Position numbers and translations under genes: made by a program. Below, piece after piece: positions 49,878 through 60,864 of a DNA stretch of 64,000 bases (the first letter of the stretch is position 1; each line of letters begins with the position of its first letter). The stretch comes from Rubripirellula sp. (lineage in GTDB: Bacteria > Planctomycetota > Planctomycetia > Pirellulales > Pirellulaceae), in the NCBI GenBank assembly GCA_965216875.1, contig OZ244207.1, positions 1,536,001-1,600,000 on the forward strand, given 5' to 3'. Below the pieces are notes generated by a model. It was given only the letters and a program-made list of their open reading frames with translations, was not told where the DNA came from and did not search any database.

Positions 49878-51047
49878 ATGTTTCGTTCCATGAAATGGAT
49901 GGCTCTCTCGGCGGCCGCGGCCCTGGTGCTGACCGCCAACACATCGAAAGCTGCTGACAACGATATCGTGACCACGGCAGTCGAGGCCGGCTCGTTCAAG
50001 ACGCTCGCAGCGGCACTGCAAGCTGCGGATCTCGTCGACGCATTGAAAGGCGATGGGCCTTTCACCGTTTTCGCTCCAACTGATGACGCGTTCGCGAAGC
50101 TTCCAGAAGGCACCGTGGCCACGCTGTTGAAGCCCGAGAACAAAGATCAACTGACAGCTGTCTTGACCTACCACGTCGTTAAGGGCCGCGTTCCAGCGAG
50201 TGCGGTTGTGAAGGTATCCGGAGCCAAGACGCTTAACGGTCAGCAAGCGGATGTCAAAGTCGAAGCTGGCAAAGTCTTCGTCGACAACGCTCAAGTGGTG
50301 AAGACCGATATCGAATGCTCCAACGGAATCATTCACGTCATCGATAGCGTGATCCTTCCAGCGAGCGATGATATCCCGACGACCGCGACGAAGGCTGGTT
50401 CGTTCGGCACCTTGATCGCCGCCGCGAAGGCCGCAGGACTCGTCGGTGCCCTCTCGGGTGAAGGCCCGCTCACTGTGTTCGCTCCGACCGACGAAGCTTT
50501 TGCGAAGCTTCCAAAGGGAACAGTTGAGTCGCTTTTGAAGCCCGAGAACAAGGGCAAGTTGGCAGCGATTTTGAAGTACCACGTGGTCGCTGGTCGCATC
50601 TACTCGGGCGACGCACTTAGCGCCGGCTCAGCTAAAACGTTGCAGGGTGATGCCGTGAGCATCGGAATCAAGAACGGCGCTGCGATGGTGAATGACGCGA
50701 AGCTCGTCGCGACCGACATCGATGCGAGCAACGGCGTGATCCACGTCATCGACTCGGTCATCTTGCCACCGCAAGATAAGCAGGGCAACGTTCATCCCAA
50801 GAAGATGATCGAAGTCGCTATCGGCAAGGGGGCTCCCTTGTACAACAGCGGTCATCATTCGGCATGTGCCGACGTGTACATGACGACGGCAAAGGAGCTT
50901 GTCTCCAGCGAGTCAGCCCACCTGTCTTCGCACTCACGCCAGATGCTCACCACAGCGCTGTCGTCCGCCAAGCACACTTCATGCATGTCGACTCGAGCAT
51001 GGACACTGCGTACGGCCTTGGACAACGCCTACGCATCGATGAAATAG
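49878..51047 (+). CDS. Fasciclin (two FAS1) domain protein with a C-terminal helical domain
   Basis: Two copies of GP(F/L)TVFAPTD.AFAKLP..L.YHVV and [12 protein letters not shown]; signal peptide. Confidence 0.95.
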   Translation: MFRSMKWMALSAAAALVLTANTSKAADNDIVTTAVEAGSFKTLAAALQAADLVDALKGDGPFTVFAPTDDAFAKLPEGTVATLLKPENKDQLTAVLTYHVVKGRVPASAVVKVSGAKTLNGQQADVKVEAGKVFVDNAQVVKTDIECSNGIIHVIDSVILPASDDIPTTATKAGSFGTLIAAAKAAGLVGALSGEGPLTVFAPTDEAFAKLPKGTVESLLKPENKGKLAAILKYHVVAGRIYSGDALSAGSAKTLQGDAVSIGIKNGAAMVNDAKLVATDIDASNGVIHVIDSVILPPQDKQGNVHPKKMIEVAIGKGAPLYNSGHHSACADVYMTTAKELVSSESAHLSSHSRQMLTTALSSAKHTSCMSTRAWTLRTALDNAYASMK

Positions 51048-51081
51048 CTGAAGCCTTCGGGTCTCTGCTATCTGCCCCGCT

Positions 51082-51113
51082 CAGCCTCGGACTCAATATC
51101 CGAGGCTGTTTTT
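51082..51113 (+). terminator. Intrinsic terminator
   Basis: CAGCCTCGGA/TCCGAGGCTG stem followed by TTTTT. Confidence 0.75.
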
Positions 51114-51125
51114 CGTTTGGGGTGT

Positions 51126-52082
51126 TTACTTATCTGTGCTGGGGCGAATCAGAACCATCACGTTCTGGTCGATTTCGATGCCCTCGCCACGTTTGAAGCC
51201 ACGGCCAACGTAAGGGAGCTTGTTCAATACTGGCACGCGTTTTTCACTTGCAACATGACGCTTGTGGCCGACATAGGGGTCGAGCAACAAGACTTGGTCT
51301 TCGCCGAGCGTCCTCGAAACGCTGACCGACTTGATCAAGTGATAGGGGATCTGCACCTTGGCAGGTTGTGCATCGAATCCGAAAACGGGCTCCGACTTTA
51401 CATCCAGGATCGATTGCCAAGAGATTTGGCCCTTCAACTCAATGCGTGTGGGTGTATCAGGTTTCCACTCGGCGAGTGAGCCTTCAAAGTGGATCTGCGT
51501 TCCTTCTTCGAACACTTCAACAATCGGTGATGTTGCGCCAGCGGTGGTCTTCACACCAACGACAAACGGGCGTTGAGCCATGTCGTTGTAGTTTGCCGAT
51601 TGACCGTCAAGCAAAATGAGGCTTGGTGACATTGCGACTGATGAATGTTCAGCCGCTGCGACCAGGCCCAGGATTTTGCTGGTCAAGTTGTGGTCGATCA
51701 CCCCGGTCGAGACGACTGAGGTTGTGTTGATGTTTCGGTAAGAGCTCGTGTGTTCGTCGGGCGTTTGCGATGCCGTCTCGGCGGGAGCGAGTGGGACGCG
51801 GGTGTGGTTGGTGGTGATTGCTTCGTGACCCACCAGATCGTAAATCGCCTTACGAGTTTCTGCGTCCACCGACAGGAAGGTGGCGGTGACTCGTATCTGC
51901 GCACCGCGTGATGCTTCCAGTCGGGCGGCGATGATCCCCGCGCTACTGCCAACCGACGAAGCTTGCTGGACAGCCTGGGTGGGCTGTGGAAGTTCGACGC
52001 GCAGCTGTGCCGAGGCGGGAGCGGCGGCGAGGCCGACAAACAGGGCGCAAAGCACCGCAAAAATGGTTTCGATCCGTCGCAT
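51126..52082 (-). CDS. Short secretin-like (T2SS/T3SS D) protein
   Basis: Signal peptide; MSPSLILLDGQSA, RPFVVGV, EGTQI, RVPVLNKLPYVGRGFK. Confidence 0.7.
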   Translation of the reverse strand: MRRIETIFAVLCALFVGLAAAPASAQLRVELPQPTQAVQQASSVGSSAGIIAARLEASRGAQIRVTATFLSVDAETRKAIYDLVGHEAITTNHTRVPLAPAETASQTPDEHTSSYRNINTTSVVSTGVIDHNLTSKILGLVAAAEHSSVAMSPSLILLDGQSANYNDMAQRPFVVGVKTTAGATSPIVEVFEEGTQIHFEGSLAEWKPDTPTRIELKGQISWQSILDVKSEPVFGFDAQPAKVQIPYHLIKSVSVSRTLGEDQVLLLDPYVGHKRHVASEKRVPVLNKLPYVGRGFKRGEGIEIDQNVMVLIRPSTDK

Positions 52083-52209
52083 GCCAGTGGTCCGTCCGAT
52101 GGGGGTGAAGCGGGAAAAAGAGTTTCACGACAGTTGGCATAGCAAAATCGGCAATGTGGAGTCAACGCGAACTCCCCGCTGCTTGCGATTCAGCCTGAAA
52201 GTTAGGGGA

Positions 52210-52410
52210 AACCACGAGTCAAACGAATCGCACGAATGGGATTCCACTGTGAACTGCACGTCTAAACACTCTCCCTTGGGAGAGTCGGGCTCTAAGGCCC
52301 GGAGAGGGTCTGTTTTTGAGAGTCATTTCCTACCCGGGCTTTGCGTCCGACCTTCCCGCAAGCGGGAGGGTGATTGCTGTTAGGCAACGACGAATCACAC
52401 CGAATGGGAT
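52210..52410. repeat. Repeat family C copy (52264-52378) nested between two CACGAAT-type motifs
   Basis: AACCACGAGTCAAACGAATCGCACGAATGGG (from 52210) and AACGACGAATCACACCGAATGGG (from 52386) flank the 115-bp element. Confidence 0.75.
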
Positions 52411-52529
52411 CGTGGCGGCGCAATTTGAAACTGAGTCAAACCTTCATTATCTTTGGTGAGCACTCCCAAGCATGCGGTCGGCCTGCTTCGACGGGACGGC
52501 GGTTTGGGCACTGGTATTGAGGCTGATGG

Positions 52530-54005
52530 ATGTTCGTGATCATTGGTACAGATGCGCCTCTGTATCACTTTCCGTTCGTGACGATCTTGATCGTTGCCAT
52601 CAATTGCATTCTGCATTGGTCGATCACGATGTTCGGGCTCGATGCCACGCCCTACTACCTTTACTTTGGCGATGGCTTGCATCCTCTGCAGTGGTTGACA
52701 CACAACTTTCTGCATGGCGGTCCGCTCAATGGATGGCCGCACCTTCTTTTCAACATGATCTTTCTGTGGCCATTCGGAATGATCATTGAAGGCAAGATCG
52801 GATGGTGGCGCATGATCTTGCTTTACCTCGCAATCTGCTGTGCGCAAGGATTCACACAACAAGCGTTGATGCTCGGCTCTGATCCGCAAAACCAAGCGGC
52901 GGACTTGGTCCGGTTGCTTGATGATCCCGAAAACCCGATGGAAGAGGACGAGAAAGCGGAGCTGAAGGAGCAGTTTCGAAAGGACATGCTGCGAACGGGC
53001 GTTTGTTCCCTCGGTTCGAGCGCCGCGATCTTTGGCATGATGGCGATCTGTGCCATCTGGGCTCCAGTCAACGAGTTCGAATCGTACTTTCGTTGGAGCG
53101 CTGTGATCCGCGCTTCGGGGGACGGTATGCGCGATTGGACCGTGGGAACGGTCTGTGGCATGTTCGTTGCTAAAGAGTTTGGGATGTTCTTTCTGCAAGG
53201 CGGGGCGATCAGTAGCGCCGCGCTCCATCTCAATGGCTGCATCGTTGGCGGGGCGATCGGTTTGGCGATGCTCTACTTTGGCATGGTCGACTGTGAAGGC
53301 TTCGATGCGATCTCGGTGCTGACAGACGAGCCGTTCAAGGCCAAGCGAACGCTCAAGCGGGAACGGGCAGAACGCATGGCTGCTGCCGAAGCCGCTCGGC
53401 CCAAGGGGCCGCCGCAAGCCGTCGTGCCGCAAATGGCTCATGTTGTCAGCAACCAATTGCGTGCCGAGATGCCTCCGCCCGAAATGATCGAGGAAGCGAT
53501 CCCGGTAAGCGAAACGCAAATGCCCGCGCCGGTCATCCCGTTGCAACCAGTCGATGCTTCGGAGCAGAGTTTCGCTGATGCTGCGCTGCCAGAGTTTGAC
53601 GATGGGGTGGTGGTGATTGACGAGTCGGGCGAGAAACGCACGGAGCTTGAGCAAATGGTTGCTCATGGAAACTTCACCGCTGCGGTACGGGGATTGGCAA
53701 CGCAGCGGAAAAGCGATCGCAGGTTTGTTCTGTCGGCTGCTTCGATGGGCAAGCTTGCCGAAGGGCTGATCGCTGGCGAACACACCAAGCCAGCGATGAC
53801 CGTGCTTCGAATCGCCGCCGACGCCTACCCAGCGTACGCGCCAAGGTGGAAGATTCGCGCCGCTTCGATCGAATTGGCGGTCAACCGCGACGCAATCGCC
53901 GCAATCAAACTACTGCAACAGGTCGACAAGGAAATGCTCGACCGCACGACTCGCGATCAATACGTCAAGATTGCCAAGAAAGCAAAAGAGATGGCGCAGA
54001 TGTAG
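52530..54005 (+). CDS. Rhomboid family intramembrane serine protease with long C-terminal extension
   Basis: PFVT, QWLTHNFLHG..HLLFNMIFLW.FG..IEG, GSS catalytic Ser, HLNG. Confidence 0.85.
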   Translation: MFVIIGTDAPLYHFPFVTILIVAINCILHWSITMFGLDATPYYLYFGDGLHPLQWLTHNFLHGGPLNGWPHLLFNMIFLWPFGMIIEGKIGWWRMILLYLAICCAQGFTQQALMLGSDPQNQAADLVRLLDDPENPMEEDEKAELKEQFRKDMLRTGVCSLGSSAAIFGMMAICAIWAPVNEFESYFRWSAVIRASGDGMRDWTVGTVCGMFVAKEFGMFFLQGGAISSAALHLNGCIVGGAIGLAMLYFGMVDCEGFDAISVLTDEPFKAKRTLKRERAERMAAAEAARPKGPPQAVVPQMAHVVSNQLRAEMPPPEMIEEAIPVSETQMPAPVIPLQPVDASEQSFADAALPEFDDGVVVIDESGEKRTELEQMVAHGNFTAAVRGLATQRKSDRRFVLSAASMGKLAEGLIAGEHTKPAMTVLRIAADAYPAYAPRWKIRAASIELAVNRDAIAAIKLLQQVDKEMLDRTTRDQYVKIAKKAKEMAQM

Positions 54006-54008
54006 TCG

Positions 54009-54404
54009 CTACATCGAGATGGGTGTGCAAATCTCAATCAGAAGTCCGTCCGGTGCTCGAACGTAGGCGACCGTTTGTCCCCATGGCTTCTGTTTCGCTG
54101 GGACAAGCAATTCGCCACCCGCTTCGACCGCTTGTTTGATCGCGGCGTCGACATCCTCGGTGACGATGGCGAGTTCGAAGGCGACCGGCTGGTCACCGTC
54201 GAGCTTGCGGTAGCTACCGGGCAAATTCGATTCGGCAAGTTGATGGGAAGCGAATGCGAGAACGGTTTCGCCGGTGGCAAGTTCGCCATAGGCGCTGCCG
54301 TCCTCTTCGTTGAAGAAGCGTCTCTCGAAACCGAAGGCCGATTCAAAGAAGGTCAAGCTGGCGTTGACGTCGGCGACGTAGGCAATGGTGTAGCCGAATT
54401 TCAT
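54009..54404 (-). CDS. VOC/glyoxalase family protein
   Basis: YTIAYVADVNASLTFF, YGELATG, KPWGQTVAYVRAPDG. Confidence 0.9.
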   Translation of the reverse strand: MKFGYTIAYVADVNASLTFFESAFGFERRFFNEEDGSAYGELATGETVLAFASHQLAESNLPGSYRKLDGDQPVAFELAIVTEDVDAAIKQAVEAGGELLVPAKQKPWGQTVAYVRAPDGLLIEICTPISM

Positions 54405-54493
54405 TCGGAACTCCTGATTGAGGGAAACCAACGTGTGTCGGTTGTGCAGCCGACGAGCGAGGCATCAACTTGACCCGGCATTTGGTCATCGAC

Positions 54494-55582
54494 TCAGTCG
54501 GCTTCGGCGCGCGGGTACGATCCGAGGATGGTGAGGAATTGAGTTTGCGCTTCGAGTGCAGCAACGCATTGGGCGACGGACGCGTCGTCGCGATGCCCGG
54601 TCAATTCGGCGAAAAACAGGTATTCGTTTTTTGTCTCGGGCGCAGGGAACGATTCGATCCAAGTCAGGTTCAAGTCGTTCTCTTTGAAGAGCGTCATCGC
54701 ATCGGCAAGTGCGCCCGGTTTATGGCTGACTTGAAAGAGCAGGGCCGTTTTGTCATCGCCTGACGCTGGCGGTGTCTCCTTTCCAAGCACGGCGAATCGG
54801 GTGACGTTGTTGGGGTTGTCTTCGATGTTGGCATCGATCACGTCGAGTCCATATTGGCGTCCCGCCTCGAGGCTGGCGACGGCAGCGACCCCTTTTTGAC
54901 TCGCCGCGTTCTTGGCGGCGAAGGCGGTGCTGCTGACTTCGACCAGCCGGGCCGATGGCAATTGATTTGCCAGCCAGCCGCGGCATTGCGACAGCGCTTG
55001 TGGCTTACTTTGAACTTCGGTGATCTCATCTCGCGGCGTGCAAGACAGCAAGTTGTGGTGAATGGGCATCACGACTTCGCCGCAAATGTTCATTTCACGA
55101 TTGCGGACGAACATCCCGAGCGTGTCGACAACACGGCCATCGGTACTGTTTTCAATCGGGACCACGCCGCAGGCCGAATCGCCTCGCGTGACTGCATCGA
55201 AGACGGCGGGAATCGATGCGACCGGAACGAGATCGGTGGCATCGCCAAAGTACTTGAGCGTTGCCAGGTGACTGTAGCTGTGAAGCGGACCCAGGTAGGC
55301 GACGCGCATCGAGTGGATCGTCTGTAGGCAGACACTCGAGATGTGTCGGAGGACGTCGCCTTTGGCCTCAAGTGAAATGGGGTCGTCATCATCAACGGCA
55401 TCGAGCAAATGAAAGATCTGCTGTGACGCGGTTGCGACGCGACCGACAAGTCCGTCACCGTCACCTCGACAGAGGTCGCGAACGAGCTGTCCGCGTCGAG
55501 AAAGGAGCTCAAGAATTTGACGGTCGATGGCGTCGATGTCGGATGCCGTCGGCGGTTGTGGATTGGGATCTGAATCGGCCAT
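54494..55582 (-). CDS. pheA: Chorismate mutase/prephenate dehydratase (P-protein)
   Basis: IDAIDRQILELL (CM), VAYLGP, VPIENS, QALSQCR, NVTRF, ACT domain HKPGAL..LTWIESFP. Confidence 0.93.
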   Translation of the reverse strand: MADSDPNPQPPTASDIDAIDRQILELLSRRGQLVRDLCRGDGDGLVGRVATASQQIFHLLDAVDDDDPISLEAKGDVLRHISSVCLQTIHSMRVAYLGPLHSYSHLATLKYFGDATDLVPVASIPAVFDAVTRGDSACGVVPIENSTDGRVVDTLGMFVRNREMNICGEVVMPIHHNLLSCTPRDEITEVQSKPQALSQCRGWLANQLPSARLVEVSSTAFAAKNAASQKGVAAVASLEAGRQYGLDVIDANIEDNPNNVTRFAVLGKETPPASGDDKTALLFQVSHKPGALADAMTLFKENDLNLTWIESFPAPETKNEYLFFAELTGHRDDASVAQCVAALEAQTQFLTILGSYPRAEAD

Positions 55583-55728
55583 TTCGAAGGCAGCACGCGT
55601 TAATCAATTGAATAGGTTGTGCGTCATCGTAGCCCTATGCAGCCCTTTCGAATACGCGGGCAAGCGATCGTTGCAGTCTCCGGCGCCCGTTTTCTTCTTA
55701 CTCGATCGAGTCGTTGCCGCGAAAAGTC

Positions 55729-55741
55729 TGTCATTTTGACA
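55729..55741. promoter_or_regulatory. Palindrome TGTCA-N3-TGACA (putative regulator or enhancer site)
   Basis: Perfect 5-3-5 inverted repeat ~165 bp upstream of the sigma54-type motif. Confidence 0.5.
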
Positions 55742-55903
55742 CGCGGGGGGAACGTGGTAATTGGGGGGATTTTTCGGCCTGTCAAAAATGCGGTTTCCAG
55801 ACCGAATGGTCGGAAGTCAAAATGCTGGAAATGCCGTAATTCACGGTCTGTTTGCGATGGCAGGTCAATTCAGCAGGGAATTATTCACAACATTTCGCGT
55901 TCT

Positions 55904-55920
55904 CTGGCACGGCCTTTGCC
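55904..55920 (+). promoter_or_regulatory. Putative sigma54 (-24/-12) promoter of dnaK
   Basis: CTGGCAC-GGCCT-TTGC with canonical spacing. Confidence 0.65.
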
Positions 55921-56083
55921 AAGTTATCGATCGTCCTCGGAAATCTGACCAAACAGACAGTTTCGAGGCTGAACCGGGCTAACCAAAAACACAGACAACT
56001 CGCGGCAAACGATCGCCCTAGAAACAGAGGCCAGCCGCGGTATCCATACAAACTGTAAGTCTTAGCGAAGGAGAAATTGAGAG

Positions 56084-58015
56084 ATGGCGCAAGGCGAAAA
56101 GATTATCGGAATCGACTTGGGAACCACCAACAGCGTTGTCGCTGTGATGGAAGGTAGCGAACCAAAGGTGATTCCCAACCCGGAAGGAAACCGACTGACG
56201 CCAAGCGTTGTCGCGTTCACGGACAAAGAAGATACGATCGTCGGCGAACCTGCACGTCGCCAAGCGGTGACCAATCCAAAACGCACGGTCTATTCGGCCA
56301 AACGCTTCATGGGACGTCGTCATCATGAAGTCGAATCCGAAGAAAAGATGGTGCCGTATGGCGTCGCCGGTGCGGCCGACGAATACGTCAAGATCGAAAT
56401 CGGTGACAGCAGCTACACGCCGCAAGAGATTTCGGCAAAGGTACTCCGCAAGCTCAAAGAGTCCGCCGAGTCGTACCTTGGCCACACGGTCAACAAGGCT
56501 GTGATCACCGTGCCTGCGTACTTCAACGATGCTCAGCGCCAAGCCACCAAAGATGCTGGCCAAATCGCTGGTCTGGAAGTCGCGCGTATCATCAACGAGC
56601 CAACTGCGGCGGCACTCGCCTATGGCTTGGATAAGAAGAACAACGAAAAGATCATCGTGTTTGACCTCGGTGGTGGTACCTTTGACGTTTCCGTTCTTGA
56701 AGTGGACCCGGGTGACGAAGATCAAGAAAGCCGCGTCTTTCAAGTGATCAGTACCTCCGGTGACACGCATCTTGGTGGTGACGACTTTGACGAAGCGTTG
56801 ATTCACTACGTTGCCGAGGAGTTCAAGAAGGACAACGCGATTGACCTCCGCAACGACCCCATGGCGCTGCAACGTTTGCAGGAAGCTTGCGAGAAGGCCA
56901 AGAAAGAACTCAGCTCATTGCCTGAGACCGACATCAACTTGCCCTTCATCACGATGGACCAATCGGGTCCAAAGCACTTGACGATGAAGATCACGCGCAG
57001 CAAGTTCGAAGAGTTGATCGACGACTTGGTCGAGCGTTGTCGCAAGCCGGTTCTTCAAGCACTCGAAGATGCCGGTTTGAAGCCAAGCGAGATCGACGAG
57101 ATTGTCTTGGTCGGTGGTAGCACACGCGTTCCCAAAGTTCGCGAAGTGGTCAAAGCCATCTTCGGCAAAGAGCCTCACCAAGGTGTGAACCCTGACGAAG
57201 TCGTTGCCGTTGGTGCCGCGATCCAAGGAAGCGTCTTGGCTGGCGATCGCACCGATGTGTTGCTGCTTGACGTCACCCCGTTGACTCTCGGTATCGAGAC
57301 CGAAGGTGGTGTGATGACGGCATTGGTCGAACGTAACACGACGATTCCGGCAGAAAAGAAGAACGTCTTCAGTACGGCTGCGGACAATCAAACGGCGGTG
57401 ACCGTTCGGGTGTTCCAGGGTGAGCGCAAAATGGCATCGAGCAATCGATTGCTGGGCGAATTCAACCTCGAAGGTATCCCGCCGCAACCGCGTGGTGTTC
57501 CTCAGATCGAAGTCAAGTTTGATATCGACCAGAACGGCATCTTGAGTGTCTCGGCCAAGGAGCTGAAGACAGGCAAAGAAGCTTCGGTCGAGATCAAAGA
57601 GGCCGGCGGTTTGAGCGAAGATGAAATCGATCAAATGCGCAAAGACGCCGAATCGAACGCGGACGATGATCGCAAGCAATTTGAACTTGCCGAAGCTCGC
57701 AACAAGGGCAACCAGCAAGTGCATGAGCTTGAAAAGCTGATGAAGGAGCACGATGACAAGTTGTCCGATGATGACAAGGCTCCAATGACGCAGGCGATCG
57801 AAAAGGTTCGCAAGGCCGTCGAGACTGACGATGCCGAGTCGATCAATCAAGCGACCGCTGAACTCGAAACTGCCGCACAGGCCTTTAGCAAAGTGCTTTA
57901 TGAAAAGAACGAAGCGGCCGGCGGTGCGGACGCTGCCGGTGGTGACGCCGCCGGCGCTGCTGCCGATTCAGACGACGACGATGCGATCGACGCCGACTTT
58001 GAAGTGAAGAACTAG
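56084..58015 (+). CDS. dnaK: Molecular chaperone DnaK
   Basis: [47 protein letters not shown]-terminal IDADFEV. Confidence 0.99.
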   Translation: MAQGEKIIGIDLGTTNSVVAVMEGSEPKVIPNPEGNRLTPSVVAFTDKEDTIVGEPARRQAVTNPKRTVYSAKRFMGRRHHEVESEEKMVPYGVAGAADEYVKIEIGDSSYTPQEISAKVLRKLKESAESYLGHTVNKAVITVPAYFNDAQRQATKDAGQIAGLEVARIINEPTAAALAYGLDKKNNEKIIVFDLGGGTFDVSVLEVDPGDEDQESRVFQVISTSGDTHLGGDDFDEALIHYVAEEFKKDNAIDLRNDPMALQRLQEACEKAKKELSSLPETDINLPFITMDQSGPKHLTMKITRSKFEELIDDLVERCRKPVLQALEDAGLKPSEIDEIVLVGGSTRVPKVREVVKAIFGKEPHQGVNPDEVVAVGAAIQGSVLAGDRTDVLLLDVTPLTLGIETEGGVMTALVERNTTIPAEKKNVFSTAADNQTAVTVRVFQGERKMASSNRLLGEFNLEGIPPQPRGVPQIEVKFDIDQNGILSVSAKELKTGKEASVEIKEAGGLSEDEIDQMRKDAESNADDDRKQFELAEARNKGNQQVHELEKLMKEHDDKLSDDDKAPMTQAIEKVRKAVETDDAESINQATAELETAAQAFSKVLYEKNEAAGGADAAGGDAAGAAADSDDDDAIDADFEVKN

Positions 58016-58043
58016 TTGGTTTCTCCCAGCTGATCCAATCGCG

Positions 58044-58074
58044 AAAAGGCGGGTGATTTTCACCCGCCTTTTTT
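58044..58074 (+). terminator. Intrinsic terminator between dnaK and clpB
   Basis: AAAAGGCGGGTGA-TTT-TCACCCGCCTTTTTT. Confidence 0.85.
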
Positions 58075-58138
58075 GTTGCACAAACACCTCGGTGGCGCGC
58101 GAGTTGCATCGTTACTAGGAACAAAGGAGAAGACTGCC

Positions 58139-60799
58139 ATGCCATTCCGATTCGACAAACTGACAACCAAAGCGCAATCCTTGGTCGCTGAAGCTCAAGG
58201 CCGCGCCGCGTCTGCGGGGAATCCCGAGATCACGCCGTTGCATCTGATGGGAGCAATGCTTGATGAGAGTGATGGGATCACACGCCCGTTGCTTGAAAAG
58301 ATGAGTGTAGACGCCGCGAAACTGGCCGAGCTCGTCGCGAGTGAGGCAGAGCGACTACCGAGCGTTTCTGGTGGGCGGCAGCCGAGCATTGCGGCCGCGC
58401 TGCAAAAGACCTTTGATGCAGCCGCGGAAGCCGCAGAGACGTTGGGTGACGAATACGTGAGCACCGAGCATCTGCTGCTTGGCCTCGCCCGAGCAGACAG
58501 CAAAGCGAACAGCTTGCTAAAGATGCTGGGCGTTGATGACAACGATGTGCTGCAAGCGATGAGTGAAGTGCGCGGATCGGCACGGGTGACCGACCAAAAC
58601 GCCGAGGCGACCTATCAGGCGCTTCAGAAATTCGGCGTCGATCTAACGGAACTTGCGTCCCAGGGTAAGCTCGATCCTGTGATTGGCCGCGATGGCGAAA
58701 TCAGGCGAGTGGTCCAAGTCCTCTCTCGACGTACCAAGAACAATCCCGTTTTGATTGGGCAGCCAGGCGTCGGTAAAACGGCGATTGCCGAGGGTCTCGC
58801 TCTGCGTATCTTTGAAGGCGACATTCCACAGAGTCTCAAAGGCAAACGGGTGATTGCGCTCGACATGGGCGCCCTCGTTGCCGGTGCGAAATTCCGCGGT
58901 GATTTCGAAGAACGCCTCAAAGCGGTGCTGCGCGAAGTCAAAGACTCCAACGGGCAAGTGATCCTCTTTATTGATGAATTGCATCTGGTCGTCGGTGCCG
59001 GGAAAGCCGAAGGCGCTGCCGATGCAGCGAACCTTCTCAAGCCCGAGTTGGCTCGCGGTTCGTTGCGTTGTATCGGCGCAACGACCTTGGATGAATACCG
59101 ACAACACATCGAAAAGGACGCCGCGCTTGAGCGTCGATTCCAGCCCGTCTACGTTGGTGAGCCCGCGGTTGAAGACACGATCGCGATTCTTCGCGGTTTG
59201 AAGAGTCGCTATGAGTCGCATCATGGTGTGCGGATCACTGATAGCGCGCTGGTTGCTGCAGCCACCCTCTCGAATCGCTACATCGCCGACCGTTTCTTGC
59301 CAGACAAGGCGATCGATTTGGTCGATGAAGCGGCAAGCCGGTTGGCGATGGAAAAGGAAAGTGTTCCTGAGCCAATCGACCAGATTCAACGGCGTCTTCG
59401 GCAGCTCGAACTCGCGCACCGTCAGCTTGCTGATGAAGAAGAAGCTTCGGCCGTTTCTCGACGCGAAGAGGTCGAAGAGGAAATGGAAACGCTTGGGCGT
59501 GAGCTCGCGAACCTGCGCGAACAGTGGGAAGCCGAAAAGATCGGTTTGGATGACGTGCAAACCATTCGTCAAGAAGCGGACCAGTTACAGCATCGATTCG
59601 CGACGCTTGACGCCGAAGCGAAAGAGATGCAGCTGCGCGGCGAAAGCCCCGAGAAGCTGTATCAGGAGATGCTTGATGTTCGGGCACGACAAGGCGAACT
59701 GGAGAAGAAACTGGAAGAGGCCGAGCGACACGATGATTCTGCAAAGGGAGCCACTGAGGATGACAAGCGACGTTTGTTGCGTCGCGATGTGACCGAAGAC
59801 GAAATCGCGGAAGTGGTCAGTCTTTGGACCGGCGTTCCCGTGACACGGATGCTAGAAACCGAACGAGCCAAATTGCTGGTGATGGAGGAACGGTTGCATC
59901 AACGTGTCGTTGGGCAACATGAGGCGGTTGAAGCAGTTGCCGATGCCGTGCGTCGCAGCCGAAGCGGATTGCAAGATCCGCAGCGACCGATCGGTTCGTT
60001 CCTGTTCCTGGGGCCCACCGGTGTCGGAAAGACCGAACTGTGCAAAGCGCTCGCCGAAGTCATGTTTGATGATGAGTCGGCGATGGTCCGCATCGACATG
60101 AGTGAGTTCATGGAACGGCACAGTGTGTCGCGTTTGATCGGGGCGCCTCCGGGATACGTTGGCTACGAAGAAGGTGGCAAGCTGACCGAAGCGGTTCGTC
60201 GACGCCCCTATGCTGTGCTATTGCTTGACGAGATGGAGAAGGCACATCCCGACGTCTTTAACATTCTGTTGCAGGTCCTTGATGATGGGCGTTTGACCGA
60301 CGGCCACGGCCGAACGGTCGATTTCACCAACACGGTCATCGTGATGACCAGTAACGCCGGAAGTCAGGTGATCCAACAAGTGACCGAGCAGGGCGGTGAC
60401 GAGGAGGAGATTCGCGATGCGGTGCACGAATCGCTCAAGGCCAGGTTCTTGCCCGAGTTCCTTAACCGTATCGATGACATCGTGATCTTCCACCCACTCA
60501 ACCGCGAGGAGATTCGAGAGATTGTTGCGTTGCAGCTCGAGGGGCTCGCGAAACGTCTGGAAGAAAACGGATTGCAGATGTCGGTGAGTGAATCTGCGAT
60601 CGATGCAATTGCTAATGTCGGATACGACCCAACCTACGGTGCTCGACCGCTCAAGCGGGCGATCCAGCGCGAGATCCAGAATCAGCTGGCAACCGCGCTG
60701 TTGAAGGGGGCCTATGAGGAAGGGACCACGATCTATGTCGACCACGCCGGCGACGCGTTCACGTTTTCGGATAAACCGCCCGCGCAGGCAACGGTGTAG
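58139..60799 (+). CDS. clpB: ATP-dependent disaggregase ClpB
   Basis: Clp_[18 protein letters not shown], long coiled-coil M domain, [28 protein letters not shown]. Confidence 0.95.
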   Translation: MPFRFDKLTTKAQSLVAEAQGRAASAGNPEITPLHLMGAMLDESDGITRPLLEKMSVDAAKLAELVASEAERLPSVSGGRQPSIAAALQKTFDAAAEAAETLGDEYVSTEHLLLGLARADSKANSLLKMLGVDDNDVLQAMSEVRGSARVTDQNAEATYQALQKFGVDLTELASQGKLDPVIGRDGEIRRVVQVLSRRTKNNPVLIGQPGVGKTAIAEGLALRIFEGDIPQSLKGKRVIALDMGALVAGAKFRGDFEERLKAVLREVKDSNGQVILFIDELHLVVGAGKAEGAADAANLLKPELARGSLRCIGATTLDEYRQHIEKDAALERRFQPVYVGEPAVEDTIAILRGLKSRYESHHGVRITDSALVAAATLSNRYIADRFLPDKAIDLVDEAASRLAMEKESVPEPIDQIQRRLRQLELAHRQLADEEEASAVSRREEVEEEMETLGRELANLREQWEAEKIGLDDVQTIRQEADQLQHRFATLDAEAKEMQLRGESPEKLYQEMLDVRARQGELEKKLEEAERHDDSAKGATEDDKRRLLRRDVTEDEIAEVVSLWTGVPVTRMLETERAKLLVMEERLHQRVVGQHEAVEAVADAVRRSRSGLQDPQRPIGSFLFLGPTGVGKTELCKALAEVMFDDESAMVRIDMSEFMERHSVSRLIGAPPGYVGYEEGGKLTEAVRRRPYAVLLLDEMEKAHPDVFNILLQVLDDGRLTDGHGRTVDFTNTVIVMTSNAGSQVIQQVTEQGGDEEEIRDAVHESLKARFLPEFLNRIDDIVIFHPLNREEIREIVALQLEGLAKRLEENGLQMSVSESAIDAIANVGYDPTYGARPLKRAIQREIQNQLATALLKGAYEEGTTIYVDHAGDAFTFSDKPPAQATV

Positions 60800-60864
60800 A
60801 GGCGGCGGGAAGGCGAATGGTTGGATTTGTCGGGCGGGCGGCTAACGCTGCAGTCTCGAAACCT

